IMG/VR virus record: IMGVR_UViG_3300045988_061615
Length of the DNA: 64,000 bases
Direction: 5' to 3' (one strand)
Source of the DNA: a virus
Under the pieces are notes generated by a model. That model did not search any database. It had not been told where the DNA came from and saw only the letters and a program-made list of their open reading frames with translations. Position numbers and translations under genes: made by a program. Positions 19,541 through 29,440 of the stretch are shown one piece after another. Numbering within the stretch: the first letter of the stretch is position 1; every line of letters starts with the position of its first letter.

Positions 19541-21571
19541 TTAAACTGCCTTATTTAGTGTTCTGAAGCCCACATTCGTATCAGCATTACCGACCCCATA
19601 ATGAGAATCGAAGTAGCCAAGACCAGCATTACCACCAGTATGAGCGCGGCCGCCAACGACGAGCGTTCTTAATGCTGTGCTTGAAGCATTGCAGTAGTGA
19701 TAGTCACACATGTAAGTAGTAGCAGAACCGCCAACTACTGAAGGTATGATTTCACCAGTTTCTCCAAGGTCAAAGTCCTTTGTCCATCCATCAGCTGCTA
19801 CTTCTGTACCAGCAACAGTCATCTTACCTTTAGCAGTATTATCGTCTCCGAATGCTGTTGGGTCAGTAGTAGTGTACACACTACTTGGTTGATTAGCTTC
19901 TGTTCTCTCTAGGATAATGCCATCCAAGTTAGTCCAGATGTCTCCGAATGGATTATCGAATCCTCTCCATCTTGGAACCTTGAATGTTTTAGATGCTACT
20001 GTCGTAGACTCATTTATTACTGTTTCAGGAATAACTAAATCCTTAACTCCAGTAAAGTTACCAATATCATTACAGTATCCGCATGGTGTTAATGGGTAAT
20101 AACCATTATAGTTATTCCAGTTAGTTCCATCCCATGTAGTAACACCATCTCCTAGTCCACCTTGATGATAACCATCAGCTGTTAAGTCAGCAGTGTAAGC
20201 CTTCTGTGAGTTTAGTGTAGCATACTCGATAACCCAAGCCCAGTAGAATATCCACTTGTAATATTCATAGCATAGCATTTCTGAACCAGCATTAGTAGCA
20301 TAAGTTCTCATGTTTGCTCTTGAGATATTAGTTCTTGGCTTACCTAAATCACTCCTAAACTTATCTGTCTCCAAATATGTGTCATTAGCTGTTCTGTTAC
20401 CTCCACCCCTGAACTGAGTAGTGGTATTAACAACTGATACAGCTTTAGGAGTTGCGGATACAGTAGTATCAACAGTGCTTCTATAAGCATCTACTAACAT
20501 TTCTGGAATCTCAATCCACGTATCATCCATTTTAATAGTAGACATTCTAACCCATCTCTTAGTACCTTCAACTCCAGACTTACCATAGAACTTAGGAATG
20601 TGTACCCTTACAGTACCATCAGTTCCATCAAGTACTGAATCACTTCCGTCAGCTTTCTTGGACCAGTCATTAGGGTCTAGGTAATAATTAATCGTAGCTC
20701 CGTCAGCTACACAACCTTTATACTGAGATTGTACTGGTAATGACTTATGTAGTAATGGATTACCAATTCTAGTTAGTGTTGGGTCTGCTACTGTAGAATC
20801 CCATTCAACTCCGTAGGAGTAAATGTCTTCTAATCCAGTGTAATCAATTCCTCCTCCGCCTTGGTTATCTTGCCATTCAGCTGTTCCATCACCAGTATTT
20901 ACTAGGATTTGTCCTTTAGCTCCTCCAGCTGGAATATGTTTGTTACCTGCTGTAGTAGGGTGTACATAGTTGTTAGCATTAGCTGCCACACCTTGTAGTT
21001 TAGTCTTCTCAGCTGTTGTATAATCTTCTGTAGATAATTGTTTACCTTCAACCTTATCCACCTTATTAGCTATCTTTGCTACTTCTTGCTTCTCAGCTGT
21101 TGTGTAGTCGTTAGTAGATAACTGCTTACCGTCTACCTTATCAACTTTTAGAGCAATAGCAGCTGTGCTTCTTGCCTCAGAATCCTCAATAGCTTTATCT
21201 ACTTGTGTCTTGTTGTAGTAACCTGTTAGGTCTACCTCTACGTGCTTATTACCTAAGAACTCCCATCCAGTCTTCTCACTAGTAACCATCCATATATATT
21301 CATCATATACATCGTTGGCTCTAGAGCCTTCATTAGGAACCATGTAAATGGTATTGGGATTACCCTTAGCTGGTAGTTCTGTAACAACAAGAACTTTACC
21401 ACCTGCATCAGCTATTGCATCAGTTACCCACTGTTCTGTAGCTAAACCTTCAATTACCTTATTAACAGTAGTTGACTTATTAGCCCCATTCTGAACGATA
21501 GGGATTAACTCATCACCAGCCAGTGTCGTAGCAGGGGTCATTTGAGAGATTTTAATGTCAGTTGCTGCCAT
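19541..21571 (-). CDS. DGR target protein: tail-fibre-like receptor-binding protein with C-terminal variable (C-type-lectin-like) region
   Basis: 676-aa ORF. Carries GKQLSTNDYTTAEK..KL phage-fibre repeats. The VR sits at its C-terminus. Confidence 0.8.
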   Translation of the reverse strand: MAATDIKISQMTPATTLAGDELIPIVQNGANKSTTVNKVIEGLATEQWVTDAIADAGGKVLVVTELPAKGNPNTIYMVPNEGSRANDVYDEYIWMVTSEKTGWEFLGNKHVEVDLTGYYNKTQVDKAIEDSEARSTAAIALKVDKVDGKQLSTNDYTTAEKQEVAKIANKVDKVEGKQLSTEDYTTAEKTKLQGVAANANNYVHPTTAGNKHIPAGGAKGQILVNTGDGTAEWQDNQGGGGIDYTGLEDIYSYGVEWDSTVADPTLTRIGNPLLHKSLPVQSQYKGCVADGATINYYLDPNDWSKKADGSDSVLDGTDGTVRVHIPKFYGKSGVEGTKRWVRMSTIKMDDTWIEIPEMLVDAYRSTVDTTVSATPKAVSVVNTTTQFRGGGNRTANDTYLETDKFRSDLGKPRTNISRANMRTYATNAGSEMLCYEYYKWIFYWAWVIEYATLNSQKAYTADLTADGYHQGGLGDGVTTWDGTNWNNYNGYYPLTPCGYCNDIGNFTGVKDLVIPETVINESTTVASKTFKVPRWRGFDNPFGDIWTNLDGIILERTEANQPSSVYTTTDPTAFGDDNTAKGKMTVAGTEVAADGWTKDFDLGETGEIIPSVVGGSATTYMCDYHYCNASSTALRTLVVGGRAHTGGNAGLGYFDSHYGVGNADTNVGFRTLNKAV
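19565..19667 (-). repeat. DGR variable repeat (VR) at 3' end of target gene
   Basis: About 103 bp aligned with the TR at a 210-bp offset. Mismatches are restricted to TR adenines (A to G/T/C). Lies inside the last 43 codons of the 676-aa ORF. Confidence 0.85.
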
Positions 21572-21990
21572 TATTCAAATAAAATTAAATCACCATTTTC
21601 TGTAACCATAAATTTACCATCTTCTAATATAATGTTTGCCAAATCCCTAAAGATTAGACCACCATCTTCTGTAAGTATATTAACGCCAATTTCGGCAAGA
21701 ATATTTCTAGTAACATCAGTAAGATAAATGTCCCCATTCTCTAACTTCCACTTGTCTACAACAACAGATTCATGTCCTTGTCTCTTGACTATCAGTGGAT
21801 AACTGCTGTTCTCAAATCCTTTTAATATTACTTGTCCATTGGCATCAGTTATGTACTCCTTACCTTTAAAGATAACTATGGCTCCTACTAAAGGTAGCCC
21901 AGTACCTCTATCTATAATTCTAACTACAACTGAGATAACCTTCAGATTGGCTCTCCCAATATGGTTACCAATGCCAATATAAATTCCCAT
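21571..21990 (-). CDS. hypothetical protein
   Basis: 139-aa ORF whose stop overlaps the next start. Confidence 0.45.
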   Translation of the reverse strand: MGIYIGIGNHIGRANLKVISVVVRIIDRGTGLPLVGAIVIFKGKEYITDANGQVILKGFENSSYPLIVKRQGHESVVVDKWKLENGDIYLTDVTRNILAEIGVNILTEDGGLIFRDLANIILEDGKFMVTENGDLILFE

Positions 21991-21991
21991 G

Positions 21992-22255
21992 TTAGTTACC
22001 TACTTGTAATGTGTTTTCAGGTACAGCTTTAATTCCTATAACTAATTCAGGATTCCATCCAGGATAGAACACAGTAGCTATATACTGACCCTCTGAATCT
22101 TTTAACAACACCTCTACTGTTACATTATCTTCAGTAATATTCTTAACAAGAACTGCATTACTTCCATAAGGTAACTCAAAGTCACCTGCAGGTAGTAGAG
22201 ATAGTCTACTTACTTGCAGGGAGGTTGGTCTTTCATTTTGATTGAGATTAATCAT
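21992..22255 (-). CDS. hypothetical protein
   Basis: 87-aa ORF. Confidence 0.4.
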   Translation of the reverse strand: MINLNQNERPTSLQVSRLSLLPAGDFELPYGSNAVLVKNITEDNVTVEVLLKDSEGQYIATVFYPGWNPELVIGIKAVPENTLQVGN

Positions 22256-22257
22256 TC

Positions 22258-24480
22258 TTATGCGTTTTTAACTTCGTTATTCATTTGATTACCATCGAAT
22301 AATTGAGCATATTCAATGTCTGTTCTCTTAGTATCATTATCAGCATCACTCTGAGATTTGTCTCTTTGAGTCCTGGCATTATACCAGTTAATATCAGCTT
22401 CATTCTGAACCTTCTGTCTTTCAATCTCCAACTTAGCCTCATTAAGACTTTCAATCTTACCTTGAGCTTGTTGTAGTTGTTGTTGTAACTTCTGATTCTC
22501 TTGTTGTAATTGTTCAAGCTGTTGTTGCATCTGACCCATCTCATTCATCTCCTTCTTCTTCTTAGCAAATGCTTTAGTAACCTTAGCTTTCAGTTCAGTA
22601 AGACTTCTGGCAGTTAAAGCATCAACAATCATATCTGGGTCTAATTGACCACTCTTTATAAGCTCAATAATGATTTGCTGAACGTTCTGCATCTCCTTCA
22701 TAATCTGAGTACTTGGCACAATGTGTACATCGTAATCAGTATGGGTGAAATGCTCTGGTAATGCTGTGAATACCTTTTGTAACTTATCTCCAAGAATTAG
22801 AGTTCCAGTTAATCCTTTCTTCCATACTATCTTAGCTATATCAAGACAGTCTCTAAGGATGTCTATTGACAATGTATCCATAGTCTGATAGAATGGTTTA
22901 GTAATTGTATAGGAGTTCCTTGCTCCAGCTTCTACATTACTAACAGCATCCTTCTGTTGGATACCATTTAACCTTTCCCTAAATACTCCTGTGATAGACG
23001 AAGTCTGGTCTTCTACTCTCTGTAATGCTAAGTCAAATGCTTGGATTGTTTGTACTTTAATAGTATCAGTAAATCCAGCAAATGAAGTATTGTTATTAAA
23101 TGCTCTACCTTCTTGACTTGTATCTACTAAGGCTACTCCAGTCTTCTTAAATGCTATCCACTTCTGTATTCTTTCAGTAAGGTCATCGCCTAATATAGTT
23201 GGAAGCATTGATAAGTCTAGCCAGTCTCCATCAGTACCACTATTAGCTAGAATATTATCTCTAAAGTAAGTAATTAAGTCATACTTGTCTTGTAGGTGTG
23301 CACATTGTAATACTAAAGATTGTGGGACATTATCCCTATTAACCAGATATACACCATTAACAGATAGTCCGCATTTAGTAGGAGCATCCTTAGTTCTAAT
23401 TACATTCTCTGATTTACCAGTAAGAACATATATTGACTGTCCTATTCTAACTCCCTCGTACCTATTCTGAACATACTCATCACCTTCCTTATCTATGTCA
23501 ATCCATTCAGTTTCATAGACTGGTAATAGCTTATAGTTGAATGACTCATAAGTATCTGCGGGGAATCCTGGAACAATACCTTTACCAGCATCTAATCCAG
23601 CACCCTCGCCTTCCATAATAGGTCTACATCCTACTTGATTCTCCATAGCTCTAATATACATATAAGAACTATCAGAGTAATGTTCATACATATCCTCTAA
23701 CTCAGCTCTACTCTCATCACTTAGGTCTTTGCCATACTCAACAAGAATCTGCTGTTTAGTCATCCATTTCCTAATCACAACCCTGTAACTATCCTTTACA
23801 TAAGGAGATTCAGGGTTTCTATCAACAAATGTGTTTAATGGGTTAAGAACATCAATACTAATATTAGTTCCACTGGCTGATGGTTTGACCTTATAGAATG
23901 AGCATCCAGTAACAAGTAAGTCTAATAACAGTGCCTTTAGTTTATTAGCCAGGTCAGTGTTCCTTGATTGGATTACATACTCAATAACGTTTTGTGCAGC
24001 TATCTCATAGTCACTAATGAAGTTATTATTAATATCTTCAATTAGCTTCTCTATGTCTGCCTCAACTGAAGCATCACTAACATTACCCCCTCCTATAAAG
24101 GCTAGAATCTGATTGTTCAAATGCTTCTGTAAGAATGTATAGACTTGCTGACTTATTTCTAACTCCTTCTGTCTAGTAATCTTGGAGATTGTTTCCTTAT
24201 CTTTGCAAGATACCTTTGGAAGAATTGGAATGTCTAAATACTCTCCAATTAAAGCATCAACGTGTTTCTTTATAAGAGGAGTGAACTCAATAGAAGTAGG
24301 ATTACCTATTCCAAAGTTTTCTTCAAGATACCTAAATTGCTCGGCGTCTCTCTTACCGTTATAATAGTTGTATGCCTTCTGTAACTTCCATTTGTTGAAG
24401 ACTAACTCATTTACAGCTTTGTCAATCTTCTCTATCAAATAATCATCACTTCTTTGCTTTGCACTCATCTTCGTAATCAT
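22258..24480 (-). CDS. putative portal protein
   Basis: 740-aa ORF that follows the 104-aa ORF downstream of the terminase large-subunit gene. Gln-rich coiled-coil C-terminus. Assignment rests on synteny only. Confidence 0.4.
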   Translation of the reverse strand: MITKMSAKQRSDDYLIEKIDKAVNELVFNKWKLQKAYNYYNGKRDAEQFRYLEENFGIGNPTSIEFTPLIKKHVDALIGEYLDIPILPKVSCKDKETISKITRQKELEISQQVYTFLQKHLNNQILAFIGGGNVSDASVEADIEKLIEDINNNFISDYEIAAQNVIEYVIQSRNTDLANKLKALLLDLLVTGCSFYKVKPSASGTNISIDVLNPLNTFVDRNPESPYVKDSYRVVIRKWMTKQQILVEYGKDLSDESRAELEDMYEHYSDSSYMYIRAMENQVGCRPIMEGEGAGLDAGKGIVPGFPADTYESFNYKLLPVYETEWIDIDKEGDEYVQNRYEGVRIGQSIYVLTGKSENVIRTKDAPTKCGLSVNGVYLVNRDNVPQSLVLQCAHLQDKYDLITYFRDNILANSGTDGDWLDLSMLPTILGDDLTERIQKWIAFKKTGVALVDTSQEGRAFNNNTSFAGFTDTIKVQTIQAFDLALQRVEDQTSSITGVFRERLNGIQQKDAVSNVEAGARNSYTITKPFYQTMDTLSIDILRDCLDIAKIVWKKGLTGTLILGDKLQKVFTALPEHFTHTDYDVHIVPSTQIMKEMQNVQQIIIELIKSGQLDPDMIVDALTARSLTELKAKVTKAFAKKKKEMNEMGQMQQQLEQLQQENQKLQQQLQQAQGKIESLNEAKLEIERQKVQNEADINWYNARTQRDKSQSDADNDTKRTDIEYAQLFDGNQMNNEVKNA

Positions 24481-24760
24481 ATAATTGTATGGCAGTGAAG
24501 TACTTAGTTCTTACTAAGCTTCTCTCCTTTAATTCTTTCTCAATAAACTTCATAAATTCCTCAGCCGTCCCATCACACGCAATGGACAATGGCTTCTCAT
24601 CTTTATTAAGTCCAAGGTCCATTCTATATCCCACGTGCTCAGGTTCCTCACCTGGAAATTTATAAGTGGTTTCGTAAACCTTTAGGACTCCTTGATACTC
24701 TACACAATACAAAGATTTAATTAAATCTCGTATCGCTTGTTCGATGTCCTGTGTCGTCAT
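24446..24760 (-). CDS. hypothetical protein
   Basis: 104-aa ORF between the terminase and portal candidates. Confidence 0.4.
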   Translation of the reverse strand: MTTQDIEQAIRDLIKSLYCVEYQGVLKVYETTYKFPGEEPEHVGYRMDLGLNKDEKPLSIACDGTAEEFMKFIEKELKERSLVRTKYFTAIQLYDYEDECKAKK

Positions 24761-26966
24761 AATATTGTGTAGGGAATAAGTTAAACTTAGGTACTATAGA
24801 CTGTTTGTCTGGAATAACTCCCTTATGTTTAATGCCATATTCATCAGTCCAGTAACCAAATAGTCTTAGCTTCCTACCCCCATTATCAGCTTCCTGTGGT
24901 GGAATACCACTTAATTCTTCATCTCCCAGTTCAGCCATACCCATTGCAGCCACAATATCAAACTTTCTCTTATTCTCGTATGAGTAAGTGATAAGCTCGT
25001 TAATCATTGGCTCAAACCACATATTATGACAATAGTCATTGATGTAACAATCAATAAGGTCTAACTGATGTTGAATAACTGCCTCAGTTGCTGGAGCACC
25101 AAATTGTCTACTCTTACCAGCTTGTATATCTGATTGAGTAGCTCTAGGTCTTCTCATTAAGAATCTCTCTTCCTTATGTTTAGTTCTAAACCAAGTAAGA
25201 ATACTAATACGAGTAGATTCCAGACAAGCCTTACAGTTATAATATTCCAATATCTTTAAGGTAGTTCTATATGCCTCTTCAAGGTTGTTAGGTCTGTCCT
25301 TGTAGACACAAACATACATTGGTTCTTGTAAACCAAAGCATCTCTTCTTAACTACAACACAGAAGTCTGATGGGTCTCTTGTGCTATCTGATGTATCATT
25401 CATACCCATATCAATACCGTCAATACCAGCTACATACAGATTTCTAAAGTCTGAACCATTCTCACTCTTAATAGGATGTTCAATAATGCAAACTTTACCT
25501 TTATCACTAGGGATGAACCTTACTCCATTCTTAGCTTCCTCTGAATGTACATTGTTTTGGAATGTATATTCTAATTGTCCCCATTTAGGCTTTAACTCTT
25601 GTGGAGTAATCTTATGTAATTTAATTGCAGCTAACTGTTCTGTTAATAATACAGTATTGAACTGATTATCACCTTCCAAAGCTAATGCTTCATCAGGAGT
25701 AAAGCAATACTCAGCAGAGTATAGCATTAATCCCTTAGGGTCAGCTAACTTAGTAGCTCTCTTAGCTAAGTAGAACTCTTTACCTTTCTCTGGGTCTGTC
25801 CATCCTCTATTGTCAACATATCCTGGAGCAGTAACAATAGTATATGCAGGAATGAAATATGCAGTTTCTACATAAGTACCTTCTTTAGTATAGTTATGTT
25901 TATAAGGAAGAACATCATATCCTCTGGGGTCATGGAATGCAGCAGCTACACCTTCTAATGCAGGACCACTATCACCACCTGTACCCCAAGCTAGTTTAAT
26001 ACCGAATCTCTGTCCTTGAATATCAATCAAAGCATCACCCTGAATGAAAGCTTTCTTCCAATTTGGCCACGAACCGCTTTCTTCGTACATCAGAATATCA
26101 GTACGGTCACCTCTAATCTTATTAGGCTTATCAGCTGTAATACCTTCAATCTCTGACATCCACCCAGATTCTACACCATCTACATTCTTACTAGAAGCTC
26201 TCTTCCATTTAGCTGTGTTGTGAACCTGTCTTAGCTTTCTCATACCATCTTCCGTGTTATCATCTAGGTATGATAATTGCATCCAGCACTTACTAAGGGT
26301 ATCATCAACATAACCTTCCTGCTGTGCAGCTACTACTCCTCTGAAGTGTGGTCTTGTTATATAACCATTAATAAGGATGGCAGCAGCTATTTCTGAGAAT
26401 CCAACACCTCTGGCTTTTAATCCAATGGCATTCTTTCTCAATACTTTACATAGCTCTATGTAATGGAAGTACTCATATTGTTTTACGAAGAAATTCGGGA
26501 AGTCTACTGAACGACCACCACCAGCTTTAGTAGCAGAAGATAGATTAGGCAACTGGTAGTAATTTATAAAATAATAATTATCACCAGTAATAGTATAACC
26601 ATTAACAGTCATACCATTTCTACATCTATCATATTCCTGGTCCCAGAACTCACCATAAGCCTTACCAAACATTGGTTCATTGCAGTATTTACCAGTAGCA
26701 GCCTTAGTTCGTCTAGCTTCCATAAACCATTCTGGGTCAAAGTCTAATCCTCTTGTACCATCAATAGGTCTATAACCAGTAAGTTCATAAGATAGATTAG
26801 AGTCAAAATAGTCTATTGGGTCTCCAATCCTAACATCCCACCCAAATTCTGTGAGCTTCTGTTCTAGTATTCCAGTAGTTTCCCCTACCTCAGTAACCTT
26901 TTCAACTAAGACCTGGACGGTAGGGGACTCTGGTAATTTATTCTTAGGTTTCCTTCCACGTGCCAT
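24717..26966 (-). CDS. terL: terminase large subunit (putative)
   Basis: 749-aa ORF. C-terminal YVAGIDGIDMG resembles the first catalytic-Asp motif of the RNase-H-like nuclease domain of large terminases. N-terminal region looks like an ATPase. Basic N-terminus. Confidence 0.55.
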   Translation of the reverse strand: MARGRKPKNKLPESPTVQVLVEKVTEVGETTGILEQKLTEFGWDVRIGDPIDYFDSNLSYELTGYRPIDGTRGLDFDPEWFMEARRTKAATGKYCNEPMFGKAYGEFWDQEYDRCRNGMTVNGYTITGDNYYFINYYQLPNLSSATKAGGGRSVDFPNFFVKQYEYFHYIELCKVLRKNAIGLKARGVGFSEIAAAILINGYITRPHFRGVVAAQQEGYVDDTLSKCWMQLSYLDDNTEDGMRKLRQVHNTAKWKRASSKNVDGVESGWMSEIEGITADKPNKIRGDRTDILMYEESGSWPNWKKAFIQGDALIDIQGQRFGIKLAWGTGGDSGPALEGVAAAFHDPRGYDVLPYKHNYTKEGTYVETAYFIPAYTIVTAPGYVDNRGWTDPEKGKEFYLAKRATKLADPKGLMLYSAEYCFTPDEALALEGDNQFNTVLLTEQLAAIKLHKITPQELKPKWGQLEYTFQNNVHSEEAKNGVRFIPSDKGKVCIIEHPIKSENGSDFRNLYVAGIDGIDMGMNDTSDSTRDPSDFCVVVKKRCFGLQEPMYVCVYKDRPNNLEEAYRTTLKILEYYNCKACLESTRISILTWFRTKHKEERFLMRRPRATQSDIQAGKSRQFGAPATEAVIQHQLDLIDCYINDYCHNMWFEPMINELITYSYENKRKFDIVAAMGMAELGDEELSGIPPQEADNGGRKLRLFGYWTDEYGIKHKGVIPDKQSIVPKFNLFPTQYYDDTGHRTSDTRFN

Positions 26967-26967
26967 A

Positions 26968-27555
26968 TTACTTTAGTTTTGGTACATATCCCTCAACAGC
27001 ACCAGCACGAAGACCTGTAGCAGCTTTCTGTTTCTTCTTAATACGGGCTTCTAAGGCATCTAATTCATCTAATACCTTAGATATAGATGACATTTCACCA
27101 ATAACATCTTTAGCCTTAAAGATTGGCTTACCAGTGATTGGGTCTCTTTCTTGTAAATCTGAACCCTCATTGAAATAATCAATTAGTTCATCTACCTTAT
27201 TCTGAGCTGCCCTTATTAACTTAATGTCTCTTGCTGATTCTTGTATCTCTCTATATTTCCTACATGCTGCCCTAAACAGAGGGTCGTTAAACTCCTCTTC
27301 TGTAATACCACTATCCTGCTTAGCAGCCTCATTACGTTCTGCTTCAGTAAATTGTGAGTAGTGTGATTGCCAATCAATCATTAGGTACATATAGGTAAAC
27401 TCTTTGAATGCTCTTAGTTTCTTAGTACCCTTTGGGTCTTCCTTACTGATATTTCTATCATTAGTCCACAGCTCAGCGAACTCCTTAATAAGGAGAATCT
27501 CTGGCTCATTTAATCGCAATTCATGATTTACATTATCATATAGAAATATTGTCAT
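26968..27555 (-). CDS. putative terminase small subunit / DNA-binding packaging protein
   Basis: 195-aa ORF immediately upstream of terL, with a 2-nt gap. Assignment by synteny only. Confidence 0.3.
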   Translation of the reverse strand: MTIFLYDNVNHELRLNEPEILLIKEFAELWTNDRNISKEDPKGTKKLRAFKEFTYMYLMIDWQSHYSQFTEAERNEAAKQDSGITEEEFNDPLFRAACRKYREIQESARDIKLIRAAQNKVDELIDYFNEGSDLQERDPITGKPIFKAKDVIGEMSSISKVLDELDALEARIKKKQKAATGLRAGAVEGYVPKLK

Positions 27556-27560
27556 AATAA

Positions 27561-28235
27561 TTACTGTTTAATTATACGTCTTTGGACTGTTCCTCCGAAG
27601 TAATTCTTACCAATTCCTTTGTTTTTAACTACATGAGCACCTTCTCCGCCTCTACCATTCTCTTGGTCTTTTAGGTCAACTTTAACTTTCTCGTTATGGG
27701 GAAGTTTCTTGTAGTCAGCTGGTGTCATCTTTTTATAAGGAAGTTTCTTATTACTAACATTGTATACTCCTTTACTAGTGTGTACGGTATCAGTCTTATT
27801 AACTGTAGCTCCCTTTTGGTCTTTAGGTACTGACCAAGAGTTATCTACGGTTCCACCCATATTCTTCTTAACTCTCTTCTTAGCTTTACCTCCACACTTA
27901 TCCTTAAATATATCTACTACTTTAGCACCCTCAGCTTTCTTCTTACATTTAACACAGCCTCCAGCCATATACTTCTCAACCTCGTATCCTTCTGGGCACT
28001 CACCTCTAAGGGTTTGAACATAACTTAACTTGGCTCCTAATTTAGCCATTGAAATTTGATTACCTTCCATTGCTTTGTATTGTTTATAAAACTCTTTTAA
28101 ATCGTTCTCTGATAGCTGTGCTACTTTGTTCTCAAAGTCCGCTGCATCTTTAGGGTTTAGGACTTTAATAAGATAGGCAGTGAACGCTTGTTGTTCTTCG
28201 TTCATCTGCCCACCCTGTTGAAACATACTTATCAT
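27561..28235 (-). CDS. lysine-rich basic hypothetical protein
   Basis: 224-aa ORF with a strongly basic, K-rich C-terminal half. Confidence 0.45.
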   Translation of the reverse strand: MISMFQQGGQMNEEQQAFTAYLIKVLNPKDAADFENKVAQLSENDLKEFYKQYKAMEGNQISMAKLGAKLSYVQTLRGECPEGYEVEKYMAGGCVKCKKKAEGAKVVDIFKDKCGGKAKKRVKKNMGGTVDNSWSVPKDQKGATVNKTDTVHTSKGVYNVSNKKLPYKKMTPADYKKLPHNEKVKVDLKDQENGRGGEGAHVVKNKGIGKNYFGGTVQRRIIKQ

Positions 28236-28459
28236 ACTTTAACTAAATCCTTAGTATTGTAGATAGCTTCCTGCAAAACTCCTTCTGTAGAGAACCATCT
28301 ACATCTAATACCTTTAAAATAATCTTCTGTTACGTTTGGAACACCATGAGTTCTAATATTCATAGTCTCCTTCTTAACCACAATCATTACAGGCTTGTTA
28401 GGTATATCTTGCTTAAGAGTTACTACCTCACCTGGCATAAAATAAACTTTCTCTTCCAT
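28232..28459 (-). CDS. hypothetical protein
   Basis: 75-aa ORF with an overlapping start and stop. Confidence 0.35.
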   Translation of the reverse strand: MEEKVYFMPGEVVTLKQDIPNKPVMIVVKKETMNIRTHGVPNVTEDYFKGIRCRWFSTEGVLQEAIYNTKDLVKV

Positions 28460-29082
28460 TATGCATTATCACTTTTAAATTCCTTTGTATATCTATCTTT
28501 TAATCCAGAATTAACTACTACTTGAACTTGAGGTTCTGCTACAACTTCAAATCCTTGTCCGAAGAATGGAATAGGAACTCCACAAGCTCTTCTATAGTAA
28601 ATAATATCACCTTCCTTTACGAATTTACATAAGGGACTAGCCTCTATTACTAATGCTTGAACTGATAGGTTCTCCTCTTGGTCCATTTCTCCTGAATCAG
28701 GATTCTTAAATGTACCAGTATATTCTGGAAGTATCAACCCTGACTCTGTTACCTTCATCTTTTGGAATGGGTTCTTAGCATAAGGTTGTACTAGTATATA
28801 ACTGTTGATGGGGACAATTTGTAAGTCCTTCATCTTCTCATCCATCATCTTAGCGTGTCTTTCCTGCTCATCAATTTTAGCATTCCATTCTGCTCTAGCT
28901 TCTTCAACTTGTTCATTGAACTTTACTTTAGCATCCTGTTTAGCCATTTCAGCTACAGTAGGAGACATAATAAATACTTCTCCATTACCCATTAAACTAT
29001 TCTTACCATTAGCATCTCCTCTAACCAATTGATTCTTTGTCTTTAATACTGCTTCTACTGTACTTAAACTATTCATACTCAT
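28459..29082 (-). CDS. hypothetical protein
   Basis: 207-aa ORF. Confidence 0.45.
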   Translation of the reverse strand: MSMNSLSTVEAVLKTKNQLVRGDANGKNSLMGNGEVFIMSPTVAEMAKQDAKVKFNEQVEEARAEWNAKIDEQERHAKMMDEKMKDLQIVPINSYILVQPYAKNPFQKMKVTESGLILPEYTGTFKNPDSGEMDQEENLSVQALVIEASPLCKFVKEGDIIYYRRACGVPIPFFGQGFEVVAEPQVQVVVNSGLKDRYTKEFKSDNA

Positions 29083-29094
29083 TAAAAATTAAAT

Positions 29095-29367
29095 TTACCA
29101 TTTTCCTATAGGACACGTCGCAGTAGGCAAAGTTGTTTTAGCTCTTAACCTGCACCCACATCCATTAATATAACCATCTTTCTTCTCTGTACTTATATCT
29201 TCATTATCGGGGTTTACCCATAACTTACTGTTACATATCTCCCCCAATACTACACTCTTCTTGTAGAGTTTACATCCTTTACACAAACGGATGCGGGCTT
29301 CTGATATATTCTTATTAAGCCCAAGCATCTCGTTAGTGTGTCCATTTAAAATAGCACCAAGACCCAT
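29095..29367 (-). CDS. Cys-rich small protein (possible zinc-binding)
   Basis: 90-aa ORF with CKGC, CGC and C..C pairs. Confidence 0.4.
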   Translation of the reverse strand: MGLGAILNGHTNEMLGLNKNISEARIRLCKGCKLYKKSVVLGEICNSKLWVNPDNEDISTEKKDGYINGCGCRLRAKTTLPTATCPIGKW

Positions 29368-29440
29368 ATTATTCTATTTAGTTCATAAAGTTGCTAATAT
29401 CTCAAACCTAGTTGTTTGAAAGATACTCATATAGGTATTG

